Positions 30,705 through 40,662 of a stretch of DNA of 64,000 nucleotides are shown here, in pieces. The position numbers and the translations under genes are program-made. The stretch spans positions 16,435 through 80,434 of the forward strand of contig CAXXTC010000001.1 in the NCBI GenBank assembly GCA_963666925.2. Reading direction: 5' to 3'. Source of the stretch: Phycisphaerae bacterium (lineage in GTDB: Bacteria > Planctomycetota > Phycisphaerae > UBA1845 > Fen-1342). The notes under the pieces were generated by a model. That model made no database searches and was not told where the DNA came from. It saw nothing but the letters and a program-made list of their open reading frames with translations. Numbering within the stretch: the first letter of the stretch is position 1; the number at the start of each line of letters is the position of its first letter.

Positions 30705-31733
30705 CTATTTTTCCGGCACGCGGGTTACCCAGTTGTACGGATCCGGTGCATCGCCGACCTGGATCGACGTCAGCTTGTTGTACAGCTCGGTGCAGTATTT
30801 TCCGGGGGTCGTGCCGTCGCCGTAGGTCACCTTGCGATCGTGGAAGGTGATCGAGCCGACGGGGGTAATGACGGCGGCGGTGCCGCAGCAGCCGGCCTCC
30901 TGGAAGCCGAAGATCTCCTCGACGTCGACCGGGCGGCGTTGGGGGCGCATACCCATGTCCTCGGCGAGCTGCACGAGCGACTTGTTGGTGATCGACGGAA
31001 GGATGGAGGGGCTGTCGGGGGTGACGTATTGCCCGTCCTGGGTGACGCCGAAGAAATTCGCCGGCCCCGATTCGTCGATATAGTGTTTCTCTTTGGCGTC
31101 GAGATAGAGAACTTCGGTGAAGCCCTTGGCGCGGGCGGCGATGCTGGCGCGGAGGCCGGCGGCGTAATTGCCTCCGACCTTGACGTCGCCGACGCCGTGC
31201 GGAGCGGCCCGGTCGGCCACGTCCTCAACAATTAGGTTCACGGGTTTGAATCCGGTTTTGAAGTAGGGCCCGACCGGCGTGACGAAAACGACGAAGACGT
31301 ACTCGGTCGCCGGTTTGACGCCGACCTGCGGCCCCGTGCCGATGACCAGCGGCCGGATGTAGAGGCTGGCGCCGGTTCCGTGCGGCGGGACATACTTGCG
31401 GTTGGCGTTGATGGCGCGATGAACCGCCTGAATGAACAGCTCTTCAGGGACGGGGGCCATGTGGATCTTCTCGCACGAGTGCGCCAGTCGGCGGGCGTTT
31501 TCGTCGATTCGGAAGAGCACCACATTGCCCTGCTTGGTCTCGTAGGCCTTGAGCCCCTCGAACGCCTCCTGGCCATAGTGCAGGCAGGTGGCCGCCATGT
31601 GCATGGAGATATTCTCGTCGGCGACGACTTCGCCGGCGTCCCACTGGCCGTCGCGCCAGACGTGGCGGACGTTGAAGTCGGTGGGGTGATATCCAAAATC
31701 GAGATGGGCCCAGTCCAGGTTGGCTTCACTCAT
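30705..31733 (-). CDS. ilvE: Branched-chain amino acid aminotransferase
   Basis: LHYGQEAFEGLKAY, SLYIRP, KVGGNYA, ILPSIT, CGTAAVITP. Start MSEANLDW after GGAG. Confidence 0.95.
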   Translation of the reverse strand: MSEANLDWAHLDFGYHPTDFNVRHVWRDGQWDAGEVVADENISMHMAATCLHYGQEAFEGLKAYETKQGNVVLFRIDENARRLAHSCEKIHMAPVPEELFIQAVHRAINANRKYVPPHGTGASLYIRPLVIGTGPQVGVKPATEYVFVVFVTPVGPYFKTGFKPVNLIVEDVADRAAPHGVGDVKVGGNYAAGLRASIAARAKGFTEVLYLDAKEKHYIDESGPANFFGVTQDGQYVTPDSPSILPSITNKSLVQLAEDMGMRPQRRPVDVEEIFGFQEAGCCGTAAVITPVGSITFHDRKVTYGDGTTPGKYCTELYNKLTSIQVGDAPDPYNWVTRVPEK

Positions 31734-32112
31734 CGTATTCTCCACGACACCCCCGCGACGCCGTCTACTGATGATTGTACTCATCGAGCACCTCCGCATG
31801 GTCCCGCTGGAGCGACGTGTCCGGCTGCAGCCAGCCGCGGCTGGCAACCGACGAGGGCCTGCGCTGTCGGCGAGGCTGCGCCCCACTGGGAATGGCACCC
31901 GCGATTCTGCACGTCGTTGAGCATAGAGCTTGGCGTGGTGCGTTGCAAGCCGGTCCGTAACGCAGGCGTCGTCGGCGGCCGCATCAAGCGGCGAGCACCT
32001 GCCGCCCGCACCGCCGGCGCGATACAATGGATCAATTGTCGATAACTGTTGCGGGCGTCGCCCGCGGCAGTTCTCCCCCCCCCCTGGTGCCAGAAAGGTG
32101 TGTACCGTGGAG

Positions 32113-33207
32113 ATGCCGACGCCCAATACCACTGAACCCGCTGCTCGCCAACACCTGTTCGAGCTAGCACCGCTGGCGCTACGCCAATGGCTCGTCGCGT
32201 CCGGGCAACAGCGCTTCCGTGCCGACCAGTTGCTCGACTGGATGTACGCCAAGCTCGTCACCAGCCTGGACGAAATGACTAACCTGTCCAAGGCGCTGCG
32301 GCAATGGCTGGTGGAGCACGCCGAGCTGTATCGTTCCACCGTTGCGGCCGAAGATGTTTCGGAAGATGGGACGCGCAAGCTGCTGCTGCGCTGGTCGGAC
32401 GGAAACTACGTCGAGACGGTGTGGATTCCCGAAGCCGAGCGTCATACGGCGTGCATATCCACGCAGGCTGGCTGCCCGGTGGGCTGTAAGTTCTGTGCCA
32501 GCGGGACGTACGGCTTGCAGCGTGACCTGACCGCCGGAGAGATCGTCGAACAGGCCGTGAGGATAGCCCGGCTCGTACGCGATACGACGGCGGACCAGAC
32601 AAACGGGCCGGCTCGGCTCTCGCACATCGTCGTGATGGGCATGGGCGAGCCGCTGGCGAACTACGAGGCAACTGTTGCGGCCCTGCGACTGATCAACGAC
32701 TCCGCCGGCCTGAACATCGGCGCCCGGCGAATGACACTCAGCACGATCGGGTTACCCAAGCAGATCCGCCGACTGGCGTCCGAGGGTTTGCAGATCAACT
32801 TGGCCCTATCGCTGCACGCGCCGGAGGACGAGCTGCGGGCCCAACTGATCCCGTGGGGCAAAGTGCCCATCTCCGACCTGCTCGATGCGTGCGCCTACTA
32901 CTTTGATAAGACCGGCCGGGAGATCACGCTCGAGTACGTGCTGCTGGCTGGCGTGAATGACGAGCAGCACCATGCGGCCCGATTGGCCCGGCTGGCGAAG
33001 AAGCTGCGCTGCAACGTGAACCTGTTGCGTTACAACCCCGTGGAAGGGTTGCCGTTCAAGCGGCCCAACGCCCAGTCGTCTTACGCTTTCCAGAACGAAT
33101 TGCGGCAGCACGGGGTCAATTCGCACCTGCGCTCGTCACGCGGGCCGGACATCAGCGCGGCTTGCGGCCAGTTACGCCAGCGCACCGTAGAATCGGCGGG
33201 AGAGTGA
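32113..33207 (+). CDS. rlmN: Dual-specificity 23S rRNA/tRNA m2A methyltransferase RlmN
   Basis: CISTQAGCPVGCKFC, MGMGEPL, SLHA, EYVLL, AACGQL. Confidence 0.96.
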   Translation: MPTPNTTEPAARQHLFELAPLALRQWLVASGQQRFRADQLLDWMYAKLVTSLDEMTNLSKALRQWLVEHAELYRSTVAAEDVSEDGTRKLLLRWSDGNYVETVWIPEAERHTACISTQAGCPVGCKFCASGTYGLQRDLTAGEIVEQAVRIARLVRDTTADQTNGPARLSHIVVMGMGEPLANYEATVAALRLINDSAGLNIGARRMTLSTIGLPKQIRRLASEGLQINLALSLHAPEDELRAQLIPWGKVPISDLLDACAYYFDKTGREITLEYVLLAGVNDEQHHAARLARLAKKLRCNVNLLRYNPVEGLPFKRPNAQSSYAFQNELRQHGVNSHLRSSRGPDISAACGQLRQRTVESAGE

Positions 33208-33208
33208 C

Positions 33209-34153
33209 GTGTTTCGCTTATTGCTGACCGAGCCGCTGGACGTCGACACGGAACGTCGGCTGGAGGCGGGGGCCACGGTCGTTCGGCCGCCAGACCTGGC
33301 CGAGGCCACCCTGTGCCAACTCGTGGTCGATTGCGACGCGATCGTGGTGCGGTCGCGGACCAGGCTGACGCGGGCCGTGCTGGCGGCCGGTCAGCGACTG
33401 CGCGTCGTGGGTGTGGCCGGCGTGGGGGTCGATCGGGTTGATACAAAGGCGGCCGACGAGCTGAACATCCGCGTGCTCAACCGGCCTGGTGCCGCCACCG
33501 AGGCCGTCGCCGATCTGACCATCGCGCTGATGCTGAACTTGCTCCGGCCCATCCGCCAACTGGAGGACGCCGCCCGCGCGGGGCAGTTCAGCGCCGCCCG
33601 CCACGCCCCGCACGGGTGCGAGCTGAACACGCTGACGATAGGGATTGTCGGGATGGGCCGGATTGGGTCGCGTGTCGGACGCATCCTGTCGGCGGGCTTC
33701 GGCTGCCGGGTGCTGTACAACGATATCGCCCCGGTCGGGCCGTTTGATTTCCCCGCCGAGGCGGTTGACAAGCTGACGCTGTGGTCGACTGCGGACATCG
33801 TCACGCTGCACGTGCCATTGACCGAGCAAACCCGCGGGCTGGTCGACACCGAGGTCCTCCGACATTTCAGGCCGGGGGCGCGTCTGATCAATACATCCCG
33901 GGGAGCGGTCGTGGATGGGCTGGCGCTGGCGGCAGCGCTGGAAGGTGGCCGGCTGGCGGGGGCGGCCCTCGACGTGACCGATCCTGAACCTCTTTCAGGT
34001 GATCACCCGCTTCTCAAGTGCCAGGGTTGCATCATCACCCCCCACATTGCCGCCCGGACCTATGCCGGCCTGCGGCGTATGGCCGCCGTCGCGGACGACG
34101 TGCTCGCCTGGCTGCGCGATGAATCCGCTGGCCGGACATCGCCAAAGAGCTGA
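33209..34153 (+). CDS. D-isomer-specific 2-hydroxyacid dehydrogenase (short SerA-like, no ACT domain)
   Basis: AGVGVD, GIVGMGRIG, LHVPLT, INTSRG, LDVTDPEP, TPHIA. Confidence 0.88.
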   Translation: MFRLLLTEPLDVDTERRLEAGATVVRPPDLAEATLCQLVVDCDAIVVRSRTRLTRAVLAAGQRLRVVGVAGVGVDRVDTKAADELNIRVLNRPGAATEAVADLTIALMLNLLRPIRQLEDAARAGQFSAARHAPHGCELNTLTIGIVGMGRIGSRVGRILSAGFGCRVLYNDIAPVGPFDFPAEAVDKLTLWSTADIVTLHVPLTEQTRGLVDTEVLRHFRPGARLINTSRGAVVDGLALAAALEGGRLAGAALDVTDPEPLSGDHPLLKCQGCIITPHIAARTYAGLRRMAAVADDVLAWLRDESAGRTSPKS

Positions 34154-34207
34154 GTCGGCCAAATCCGCGCCCTGCCCACGCCTGCAACCCAGGCTGGGTG
34201 CGACCAC

Positions 34208-34230
34208 GTGGGGCGGGCGTCCCGCCCGCC
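34208..34230 (+). repeat. Single REP-like element, family A
   Basis: gtggggcgggcgtcccgcccgcc. Confidence 0.8.
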
Positions 34231-34437
34231 AGGCCCGATTCACCCAGGTTTGTCTCGCCGCCGCGTGCCCAACTTGGCCCCCCGCGAGCCCCTAAGCTCT
34301 TTATGCCTGCCCCGCCGATAAATCTTCAGGAAACCGCCCCGCGGCACCGGGAGACGGTGCGCCGGGTGTTCCGGATCGGTCGAAACGCGTTTTGGCTCGG
34401 CCGCCGACGGTGCTCGTCATCAGGCAAGGAAGCTGAC

Positions 34438-36765
34438 ATGTGTAACACGACGGTTCCCCGCGGGTTGGTCCGCGATGCTGCCCGCGCTCTGGCAGGATTG
34501 CTGGTCTGTTGCTGCGTCGCCGGCTTGTCGGCCGCAACAATCAGCGGCAAGGTGTTCCTGGACCAGGGCGGCGATGGCCAGAGCACCGGCGACCCCGGAC
34601 GCGGCGGCGTCACGGTCACGCTCTACGACGCGTCCGACGACGCCACGCTCGACTCGACTACCACCGATGGCACCGGGGCCTACTCCTTCGCGACGCTGGG
34701 CGAGGGCGACTATTACCTCATTTTCACACCGCCCACGGGCAGGATCTTCACCCTGATGGACCAGGGCGACGACGATTCGATCGACAGCGATGTCGATGCC
34801 GATGGCCAGACCGACGACATCACCATCACCGACAACCTCGACGACCAGGAAAACGTCGATTGCGGGCTGGTGACGCCGGCCGCGGTCGGCGATTTCGTGT
34901 TCCGTGACGCCAACGCCGACGGCATTCAGGATGAGGACGAGGTCGGCGTGTCAGGCGTGACAGTTCGGCTGCTCGTGTACGGCACGGGCGAACTCGCCGA
35001 CTCCGCCACTACCGACGACGACGGCGCGTACTCGATCGATACGGTCCAGGCGGGCGACTACATCCTCGAAATGGTCGTGCCTTCCGGCTACCAGGTCAGC
35101 CCCAAGGACCAGGGTGACGATGACACGGCCGACAGTGACCTGAACCCCGCCACCGCTCGCAGCGACGCGTTTACCGTTACCGTGGGCAATGGCGGCGACG
35201 ACTACAACACCGATATCGACGCGGGCCTGACGCCAATGAGCGCCGTGGGCGATTATGTTTGGCTGGACGACAACGGCAACGGTCTCCAGGACGACGATGA
35301 GACCGGCCAAGCCGACGTGACGGTCAATCTGTACGCGGCCGACGACACGCTGATCAGCCAGACTGAGACTGACAGTGCCGGAGCCTATGCGTTTACCAAC
35401 CTCGATCCGGGCGATTACTACATCGAAGTCATCGCGCCGGACGACTACAGCTTCGCGCCGCAGGACCAGGGTGATGACGACGATGTGGACAGCGATGCCG
35501 ATGCCATCACCGGGCGGACCGACACCTTCGCGCTCGCGATCGGCGACGAATTGACGAATGTAGACGTTGGCCTGTTGGAGTACGCCAGCGTCAGCGGGCG
35601 AATGTTCCTAGACAAGAACGGCGATGGCGTATTCGACGAGGACGAGGATGATGACCTCGCTTCCGATGCCACCATCGAGCTGTTCAGCGTTGGCGAAGAC
35701 GAAGTGGCCGACGCCGGCGGGGGGGATGACCTTTCGCACAGCACTATTGCCGCCACCGGCACGTACGAGTTCTCCGACATTCTGCCGGGCGAGTACTACA
35801 TTCAGGTTACCGCCCCGACCAACCTGAGCTTCTCGCCGATGGACCAGGGCTCGGACGACATGATCGACAGCGACATTGACCAGGAGACCGGGTGTAGCGT
35901 TTCGTTCACGCTGCGGTCGGGCACGGTCATCGAGAATACTGACGCCGGCATGGCCCGGTTCATGACCATCGGTGATCGGGTCTGGGATGATGCCGACTGG
36001 GACGGCATCCAGGACGCCGGGGAGGCTGGAGTGCCGAACGTCAGCGTCTCTTTATATAACACCGGCGACAACGGGGCGGCGGGCGATGCTGACGATGAGC
36101 TGATCGACAGCACCACGACGGACAGCAGCGGGGCATACGCGTTCAGCGTGGTGGCGGGTGATTATCACCTCGAATTCGAGTTCGATGGCACCGGGACGTT
36201 CACAATGCAGGACGCGGGGAGTTCCGACGCGGCCGATTCTGATGTCGACCCCGATACGGGACAAACCGGCGTCTTCACGGTCGTGGCGGGCCGCGATGAC
36301 CTCACCCGGGACGCTGGCCTGGTACCCGACACCGATGGCGATGGCACGCCCGACTCCATCGACCAGTGTCCGGATGATCCCAACAAGATGTTGGTCGGCG
36401 TCTGTGGCTGCGGCGAGGCGGACAGCGACACCGACGCGGACGGCATTGCCGACTGTATTGATAATTGCGACACACTTTTCAATCCGGATCAGGCGGATGA
36501 GGATGGCGACGGCCTGGGGAACCTCTGCGACGCGGACTATGGCATGATCATCGACCCCGGTACGGGCACGCCTGATCAGTCCGATAATGGCCAAGCCAGC
36601 GCCGACGTCCCGAGTGGAACCGACGATACAACCGGTGGCGACGTCACGAACGAGGCAGAGAACCTGGTGCGGACCTGCGGCGTGTGTGGCCCGCTGGGCA
36701 TGGTGAGCTACTCGGCCTTCGTGCTTGGTTATGGGACGCTGGTAATGGGTCGTCGGCGACGTTAG
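34438..36765 (+). CDS. Acidic cell-surface protein with about 5 SdrD B-like repeats, thrombospondin type-3-like Ca-binding repeats and a C-terminal Cys/TM/basic tail
   Basis: Repeated GDxVWxDxNxxGxQD..TTDxxGxY..DQGxDDxxDSD..DAGL; DTDGDGTPDSIDQCP, DCIDNC..NPDQADEDGDGLGNLCD; ends CGVCGPLG-hydrophobic-GRRRR. Confidence 0.88.
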   Translation: MCNTTVPRGLVRDAARALAGLLVCCCVAGLSAATISGKVFLDQGGDGQSTGDPGRGGVTVTLYDASDDATLDSTTTDGTGAYSFATLGEGDYYLIFTPPTGRIFTLMDQGDDDSIDSDVDADGQTDDITITDNLDDQENVDCGLVTPAAVGDFVFRDANADGIQDEDEVGVSGVTVRLLVYGTGELADSATTDDDGAYSIDTVQAGDYILEMVVPSGYQVSPKDQGDDDTADSDLNPATARSDAFTVTVGNGGDDYNTDIDAGLTPMSAVGDYVWLDDNGNGLQDDDETGQADVTVNLYAADDTLISQTETDSAGAYAFTNLDPGDYYIEVIAPDDYSFAPQDQGDDDDVDSDADAITGRTDTFALAIGDELTNVDVGLLEYASVSGRMFLDKNGDGVFDEDEDDDLASDATIELFSVGEDEVADAGGGDDLSHSTIAATGTYEFSDILPGEYYIQVTAPTNLSFSPMDQGSDDMIDSDIDQETGCSVSFTLRSGTVIENTDAGMARFMTIGDRVWDDADWDGIQDAGEAGVPNVSVSLYNTGDNGAAGDADDELIDSTTTDSSGAYAFSVVAGDYHLEFEFDGTGTFTMQDAGSSDAADSDVDPDTGQTGVFTVVAGRDDLTRDAGLVPDTDGDGTPDSIDQCPDDPNKMLVGVCGCGEADSDTDADGIADCIDNCDTLFNPDQADEDGDGLGNLCDADYGMIIDPGTGTPDQSDNGQASADVPSGTDDTTGGDVTNEAENLVRTCGVCGPLGMVSYSAFVLGYGTLVMGRRRR

Positions 36766-36840
36766 CTCGTTATTACAAACAGTTTACATCGCTGGGGTGG
36801 GGAGAGGTCGACTCGCGGGGGACGCTTCAACTACACGCAT

Positions 36841-36882
36841 AAAAAAAGGGCCCCGGGATACTTGGCAGCATCTCGGGGACCC
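36841..36882 (-). terminator. Intrinsic terminator downstream of the PilZ operon
   Basis: Minus strand GGGUCCCCGAGAUG-loop-UAUCCCGGGGCCC followed by U7. Confidence 0.7.
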
Positions 36883-37022
36883 ATGCGCTGGGATGGGCTT
36901 TTGAAGCGTTCCGATAGTTCAAACAACCCACCAGCACCAAAGTAGCGGGATGTCTCAGATTTTTATTGGTTCTCGACGAGAAAGTGAGAACTACAAGCCC
37001 GGCAACGTCATGCTACTGTTTT

Positions 37023-37820
37023 TCAGGAACGAAACCGGGGTTTGCCGTCCCGGCGTTCCTCTGCCAGGCTGAGCCTGTGTAGCTTCTGCACCGCGCTTGC
37101 CAGGCGTTGCAGGACCACACGCCCGTCGACGGTGACTTCCAGGCCGATGAACTGGACGGCAGTGCCCAGGTCCTCACCCTCGTCGTGACGCGTTCCGCGA
37201 TAGCGGGCATCGAGTTGGATAGGTGTTCGGCCGTCGGGTAGTTGCAGCTCCAATCCCAGCAGCTCGTCATCGACCCATTCGGGCGGGCTGACGGTGTGTA
37301 GCCGAACCATGGCTCCACCGCAGGAAACATCTGCCAAGCTGCCGGTGATCACCTGGCAGGCGTCGGACTGGGCCGCGACGCGGGCGGTGACGCCGCCCTT
37401 CCAGAGGCTGACCACGAGGTTCATGCCGTCCGGGACGGGGGTGCGGTAATAAGCTCGGCGTTGGAGTTCGGTCATGCTGTTGGGCCAGCGATAGCGGACC
37501 GCGGGGATGGTGGTTTGGTCGTCGAGGCAGAAATGTCCCCGGGCCTCGACGACGGTGGAGAAGAGGATCTTGCGATTCTTCTGCCGGAAGCTGATACCCA
37601 GGTATTGTCCGGGTGAGACGTCCGGGAGGGTTTCGTTGGTGGGTGCCTGATAGTCGAGCACGAAGAAGCGGCCCTTGTGGTCGCGTTCGAGGAAGCGCGA
37701 CTTGAAGGTCAGCCAGTCGTTGCCCTGTTGGAAAGTCAGGACGGCGAGGGCCCGTTCCTGCACTGCCAAGTCGAAGATCTGGGCGGTATCGCGCGCTGCC
37801 AGGAGTCGTCTTGGTTTCAT
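37023..37820 (-). CDS. YcgR-like flagellar brake / PilZ domain protein
   Basis: N-terminal PilZN-like region; QRRAYYR and DVSCGG c-di-GMP-binding motifs. Confidence 0.85.
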   Translation of the reverse strand: MKPRRLLAARDTAQIFDLAVQERALAVLTFQQGNDWLTFKSRFLERDHKGRFFVLDYQAPTNETLPDVSPGQYLGISFRQKNRKILFSTVVEARGHFCLDDQTTIPAVRYRWPNSMTELQRRAYYRTPVPDGMNLVVSLWKGGVTARVAAQSDACQVITGSLADVSCGGAMVRLHTVSPPEWVDDELLGLELQLPDGRTPIQLDARYRGTRHDEGEDLGTAVQFIGLEVTVDGRVVLQRLASAVQKLHRLSLAEERRDGKPRFRS

Positions 37821-38539
37821 AGGTCACCGTTCATGCCGGTAAGGCGGGCGGATTCGCTGAGCAAAGCGGCCCGCAGCCGTTCCAGGACCGGAGCGGTCGA
37901 TCCGTCTGGAGAGTCAGTGAATTCAACGCCGACGTGGAGCGTGCTCTCGTCAGGTCCGGGGGATTTGACGCACACGAAGGCTGGCAGGCTGAACACGCCG
38001 GTGGTCCAGGGCAGGGCGAACTCCACGTGTACGGGGTCGCCGATGAAGAGGATGTCGTCGAGGGGCTTGCGGGCGATACGCATACGCAGGCCGCCGTGAC
38101 CGAGATCCGCCAGGTTGGCGACGAAGGGTTCGTTCGTGGCATGCAGGCTGATCCGAACCGGGATGGGTTCGGTGGGCGTCTGGCGGACGAAGCAGCGTCG
38201 GTTGGCGACCTGGATGAGTTCCGGGACTGCCAGGCAGAGACGCGTGGGGACGCCGCCTTCGTCAGCGTCGACGATGAAAGTTGAGAATAGGTAGAGCTGC
38301 TCGGAGAGGATGGTGCGCACGTCGGCCATGGCGCCGACCAGCGCGCCGAGTGGCCCGGCGTGGCCGCGATCATACAGGTCGATTCTCAGGACGTCGTTTT
38401 CGCGGCCCTTGAGCGTCCCCCACAGCAGGGCGTCAAACTGATCGGGTCGCGGCTCTATTTCGAGCCGGGCTTCCGATTGAAGCGCCTGCGCGATGACGCG
38501 TGCGGCCTGTCTGTCGTTCAAATCCAACGCTACCAACAT
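37817..38539 (-). CDS. PilZ domain protein (YcgR-like architecture)
   Basis: NRRCFVR and DLGHGG (degenerate DxSxxG), VGVEF. ATGA overlap with the next gene. Confidence 0.78.
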   Translation of the reverse strand: MLVALDLNDRQAARVIAQALQSEARLEIEPRPDQFDALLWGTLKGRENDVLRIDLYDRGHAGPLGALVGAMADVRTILSEQLYLFSTFIVDADEGGVPTRLCLAVPELIQVANRRCFVRQTPTEPIPVRISLHATNEPFVANLADLGHGGLRMRIARKPLDDILFIGDPVHVEFALPWTTGVFSLPAFVCVKSPGPDESTLHVGVEFTDSPDGSTAPVLERLRAALLSESARLTGMNGDL

Positions 38540-38541
38540 GA

Positions 38542-39297
38542 TCAGGCACCTCCGGTCGCGATGGCAATGGCGTGGCTGAGCTGCGCCTGCTCACGTCGCG
38601 CGACGAACTGCTCGACGCGGATCAGGCAGGCGGCGTGGCGATCGGCGTCCTCGCCCGGGCAGAACTGGCAGCCGACGATTTTGCTGTGGCTCTCATCAAT
38701 CTGGTGGTCGTGCACCACACGCAGCACGAAGTCGATGCGTCCGCCGTCACCGGGGAGCGTCAGATCGATCCAGTACAGTTCACCGCGTCGCACCTTGGCG
38801 GCGTCGCGAGGAGCGACCACGGCACCCAGCCCGCCGGCGGAAATATTGGTCATCCGGGCTTCACAGGATCCCGCCCGATCAACGGTACTGGTGAAGCGCA
38901 CCGGCAGCGTGTGGCTCCCGTCCAGGGACACGCGGTAGTGGGCACGCTGTTGTTCGCGCTGCACGTTGAGCGGCAACGTGAGCTGCCAGGCTTCGCGCTG
39001 CGCCGAGCGTACTGCGTCCCAGAGCACCCGCCCGATCGAACGGGCACGGGCGCTGAATGTTTCGCCGGCGTGTTCGAAGAGCATCTCCACCGGCTCGTCT
39101 TCGACGACGCGGTCGGCGCTGCCGTCGCTGGGCCAGGCCAGCACCACGCCCCCGTTTGCCAGCGCCACGAAGCGCGTGTGGATTGGCGTGCCCCCGCCCG
39201 CCTGCGGACGGACGACCCGGGCCTGTTGCCGGCCGTCGGCGACGGTCTGTAGCAATTCCAGTTGCGAGCGGCGACGAGTCAAATTCAAAAAGTCCAT
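38542..39297 (-). CDS. YcgR-like PilZ domain protein
   Basis: QQRAHYRV and NISAGG, VGCQF. AAGGA upstream. Confidence 0.85.
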   Translation of the reverse strand: MDFLNLTRRRSQLELLQTVADGRQQARVVRPQAGGGTPIHTRFVALANGGVVLAWPSDGSADRVVEDEPVEMLFEHAGETFSARARSIGRVLWDAVRSAQREAWQLTLPLNVQREQQRAHYRVSLDGSHTLPVRFTSTVDRAGSCEARMTNISAGGLGAVVAPRDAAKVRRGELYWIDLTLPGDGGRIDFVLRVVHDHQIDESHSKIVGCQFCPGEDADRHAACLIRVEQFVARREQAQLSHAIAIATGGA

Positions 39298-39430
39298 GGA
39301 CTTTCCTTAGACGGCGTTATGGCCGGGGTTTGCTTCGACCGCACATCGGCGTGACTTGATTGCGGGCCGACACTTGCGAGGCGGGACGTTACGTTCCAGG
39401 ACGTAGCGCCACCGGGGGGACGCGCGGTGT

Positions 39431-39457
39431 GTATCGGAAGCGCGGGCGCCGTCCTGA
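39431..39457 (-). promoter_or_regulatory. Candidate sigma28 (FliA)-type promoter for the PilZ operon
   Basis: Minus strand TCAG-N15-TCCGATAC versus the consensus TAAA-N15-GCCGATAA. Confidence 0.45.
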
Positions 39458-39742
39458 AAGAACGCGGCCTATTCGCTTGTCGCAAGGATTGCGCGGCAGG
39501 CTATCGGAACCCCGGCGGCGCAGCGGTCGGCCGGCACGCCTAATTGATCGCCAGGCCCCGATAGCAATGGCCTGAGATGACCGGCAAATTACGCAATATA
39601 AATTCCGGCCGAGACCTGTCACGAACGGTTCCAGCGCTCATAATCCACTCGTGGAAGCGTGGCTTCAGTACGCCGGTGCGGCACGGCCAGGGGGTGAAAT
39701 CAGCGCCAGTGGCGTCACCCGCGGGCCGGTGTGGAGCGGACT

Positions 39743-40222
39743 ATGCGGATTGGCGTGATTTCGGACACTCATGATCGCCTACCGACGCTGCGCCGGGCCC
39801 TGGAGCTGTTCCAACAGGCCGGCGTGGACACACTGCTGCATCCGGGAGATATCGTCGCACCATTCGCGGCCCGCGTGCTGGCGGAGTTCGCCGGGACGGT
39901 GCACGTGATCTACGGGAACAACGACGGCGAGCGGAGCGGGCTGCGCGGGGTTCTGCCGCAGATTGTGGACGGTCCGCTGGTGGTGGAACTGGCCAAGCGG
40001 CGGGTCTTGCTGCATCATGCTCTGGAGTGGTGTCGCCCGGAGGATATCGAGCAGGCCGACATGATCGTTACCGGGCACACGCACGCGGAGCAGATCGAAA
40101 AACGCGACGGCCGGCTGTTTGTGAACCCCGGAGAGTGCTGCGGGTGGGTTACCGGTCGTGCAACGGTGGCGTTGGTCGATCTGCCCGCCAACGAGGCTGA
40201 GCTCATCGAGGTGCCTACATGA
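39743..40222 (+). CDS. YfcE/MJ0936 family metallophosphoesterase
   Basis: ISDTHD, HPGD, YGNND, GHTH, VNPGE. Confidence 0.9.
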   Translation: MRIGVISDTHDRLPTLRRALELFQQAGVDTLLHPGDIVAPFAARVLAEFAGTVHVIYGNNDGERSGLRGVLPQIVDGPLVVELAKRRVLLHHALEWCRPEDIEQADMIVTGHTHAEQIEKRDGRLFVNPGECCGWVTGRATVALVDLPANEAELIEVPT

Positions 40223-40638
40223 CCAGAACCGTCGGCATGCTGCCGCTGCTTGTTGGTGTGATGATCCTGGCGGGTGTGGCCGGGTGTGTCGAACGCACGG
40301 TGCGCGTGGAGACGGACCCGCCCGGTGCCCTGGTGATCATCAACGATGAGGAAGTGGGTGTCAGCCCGGCGAAGTTCACGTTTCTCTGGTACGGCGACTA
40401 TGACGTGATCGTGCGCAAGCAGGGCTATCAGACGTTGAAGACGCATCAGCGTGTGGACGCGCCGTGGTACGAGTGGCCGGGAATCGACCTGGTATCCGAG
40501 TGCCTCGTGCCCGGGACGATCAAGGATACGCATGTGTGGGGGCCGTTCAAGCTGGAGCCGACCGACGCGCCGGCGGCCACGGACGTGGTCTCGCGGGCGA
40601 CGGAGCTGCGCGAACGGACGCTGTACAGCGGAGATTGA
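40219..40638 (+). CDS. PEGA domain lipoprotein
   Basis: Lipobox VAGC, then VETDPPGALVIIND..GVSP..YDVIVRKQGY. ATGA overlap. Confidence 0.82.
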   Translation: MTRTVGMLPLLVGVMILAGVAGCVERTVRVETDPPGALVIINDEEVGVSPAKFTFLWYGDYDVIVRKQGYQTLKTHQRVDAPWYEWPGIDLVSECLVPGTIKDTHVWGPFKLEPTDAPAATDVVSRATELRERTLYSGD

Positions 40639-40662
40639 GTCGGTTTCGCAGCGTGGTGGGGT

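Noticed and set aside
31734..32378. Long overlapping N-terminal extensions of ilvE and rlmN in the ORF track
   Set aside because: Family similarity begins at 31733 and 32113. The extensions are stop-poor GC-rich sequence across a divergent promoter region.
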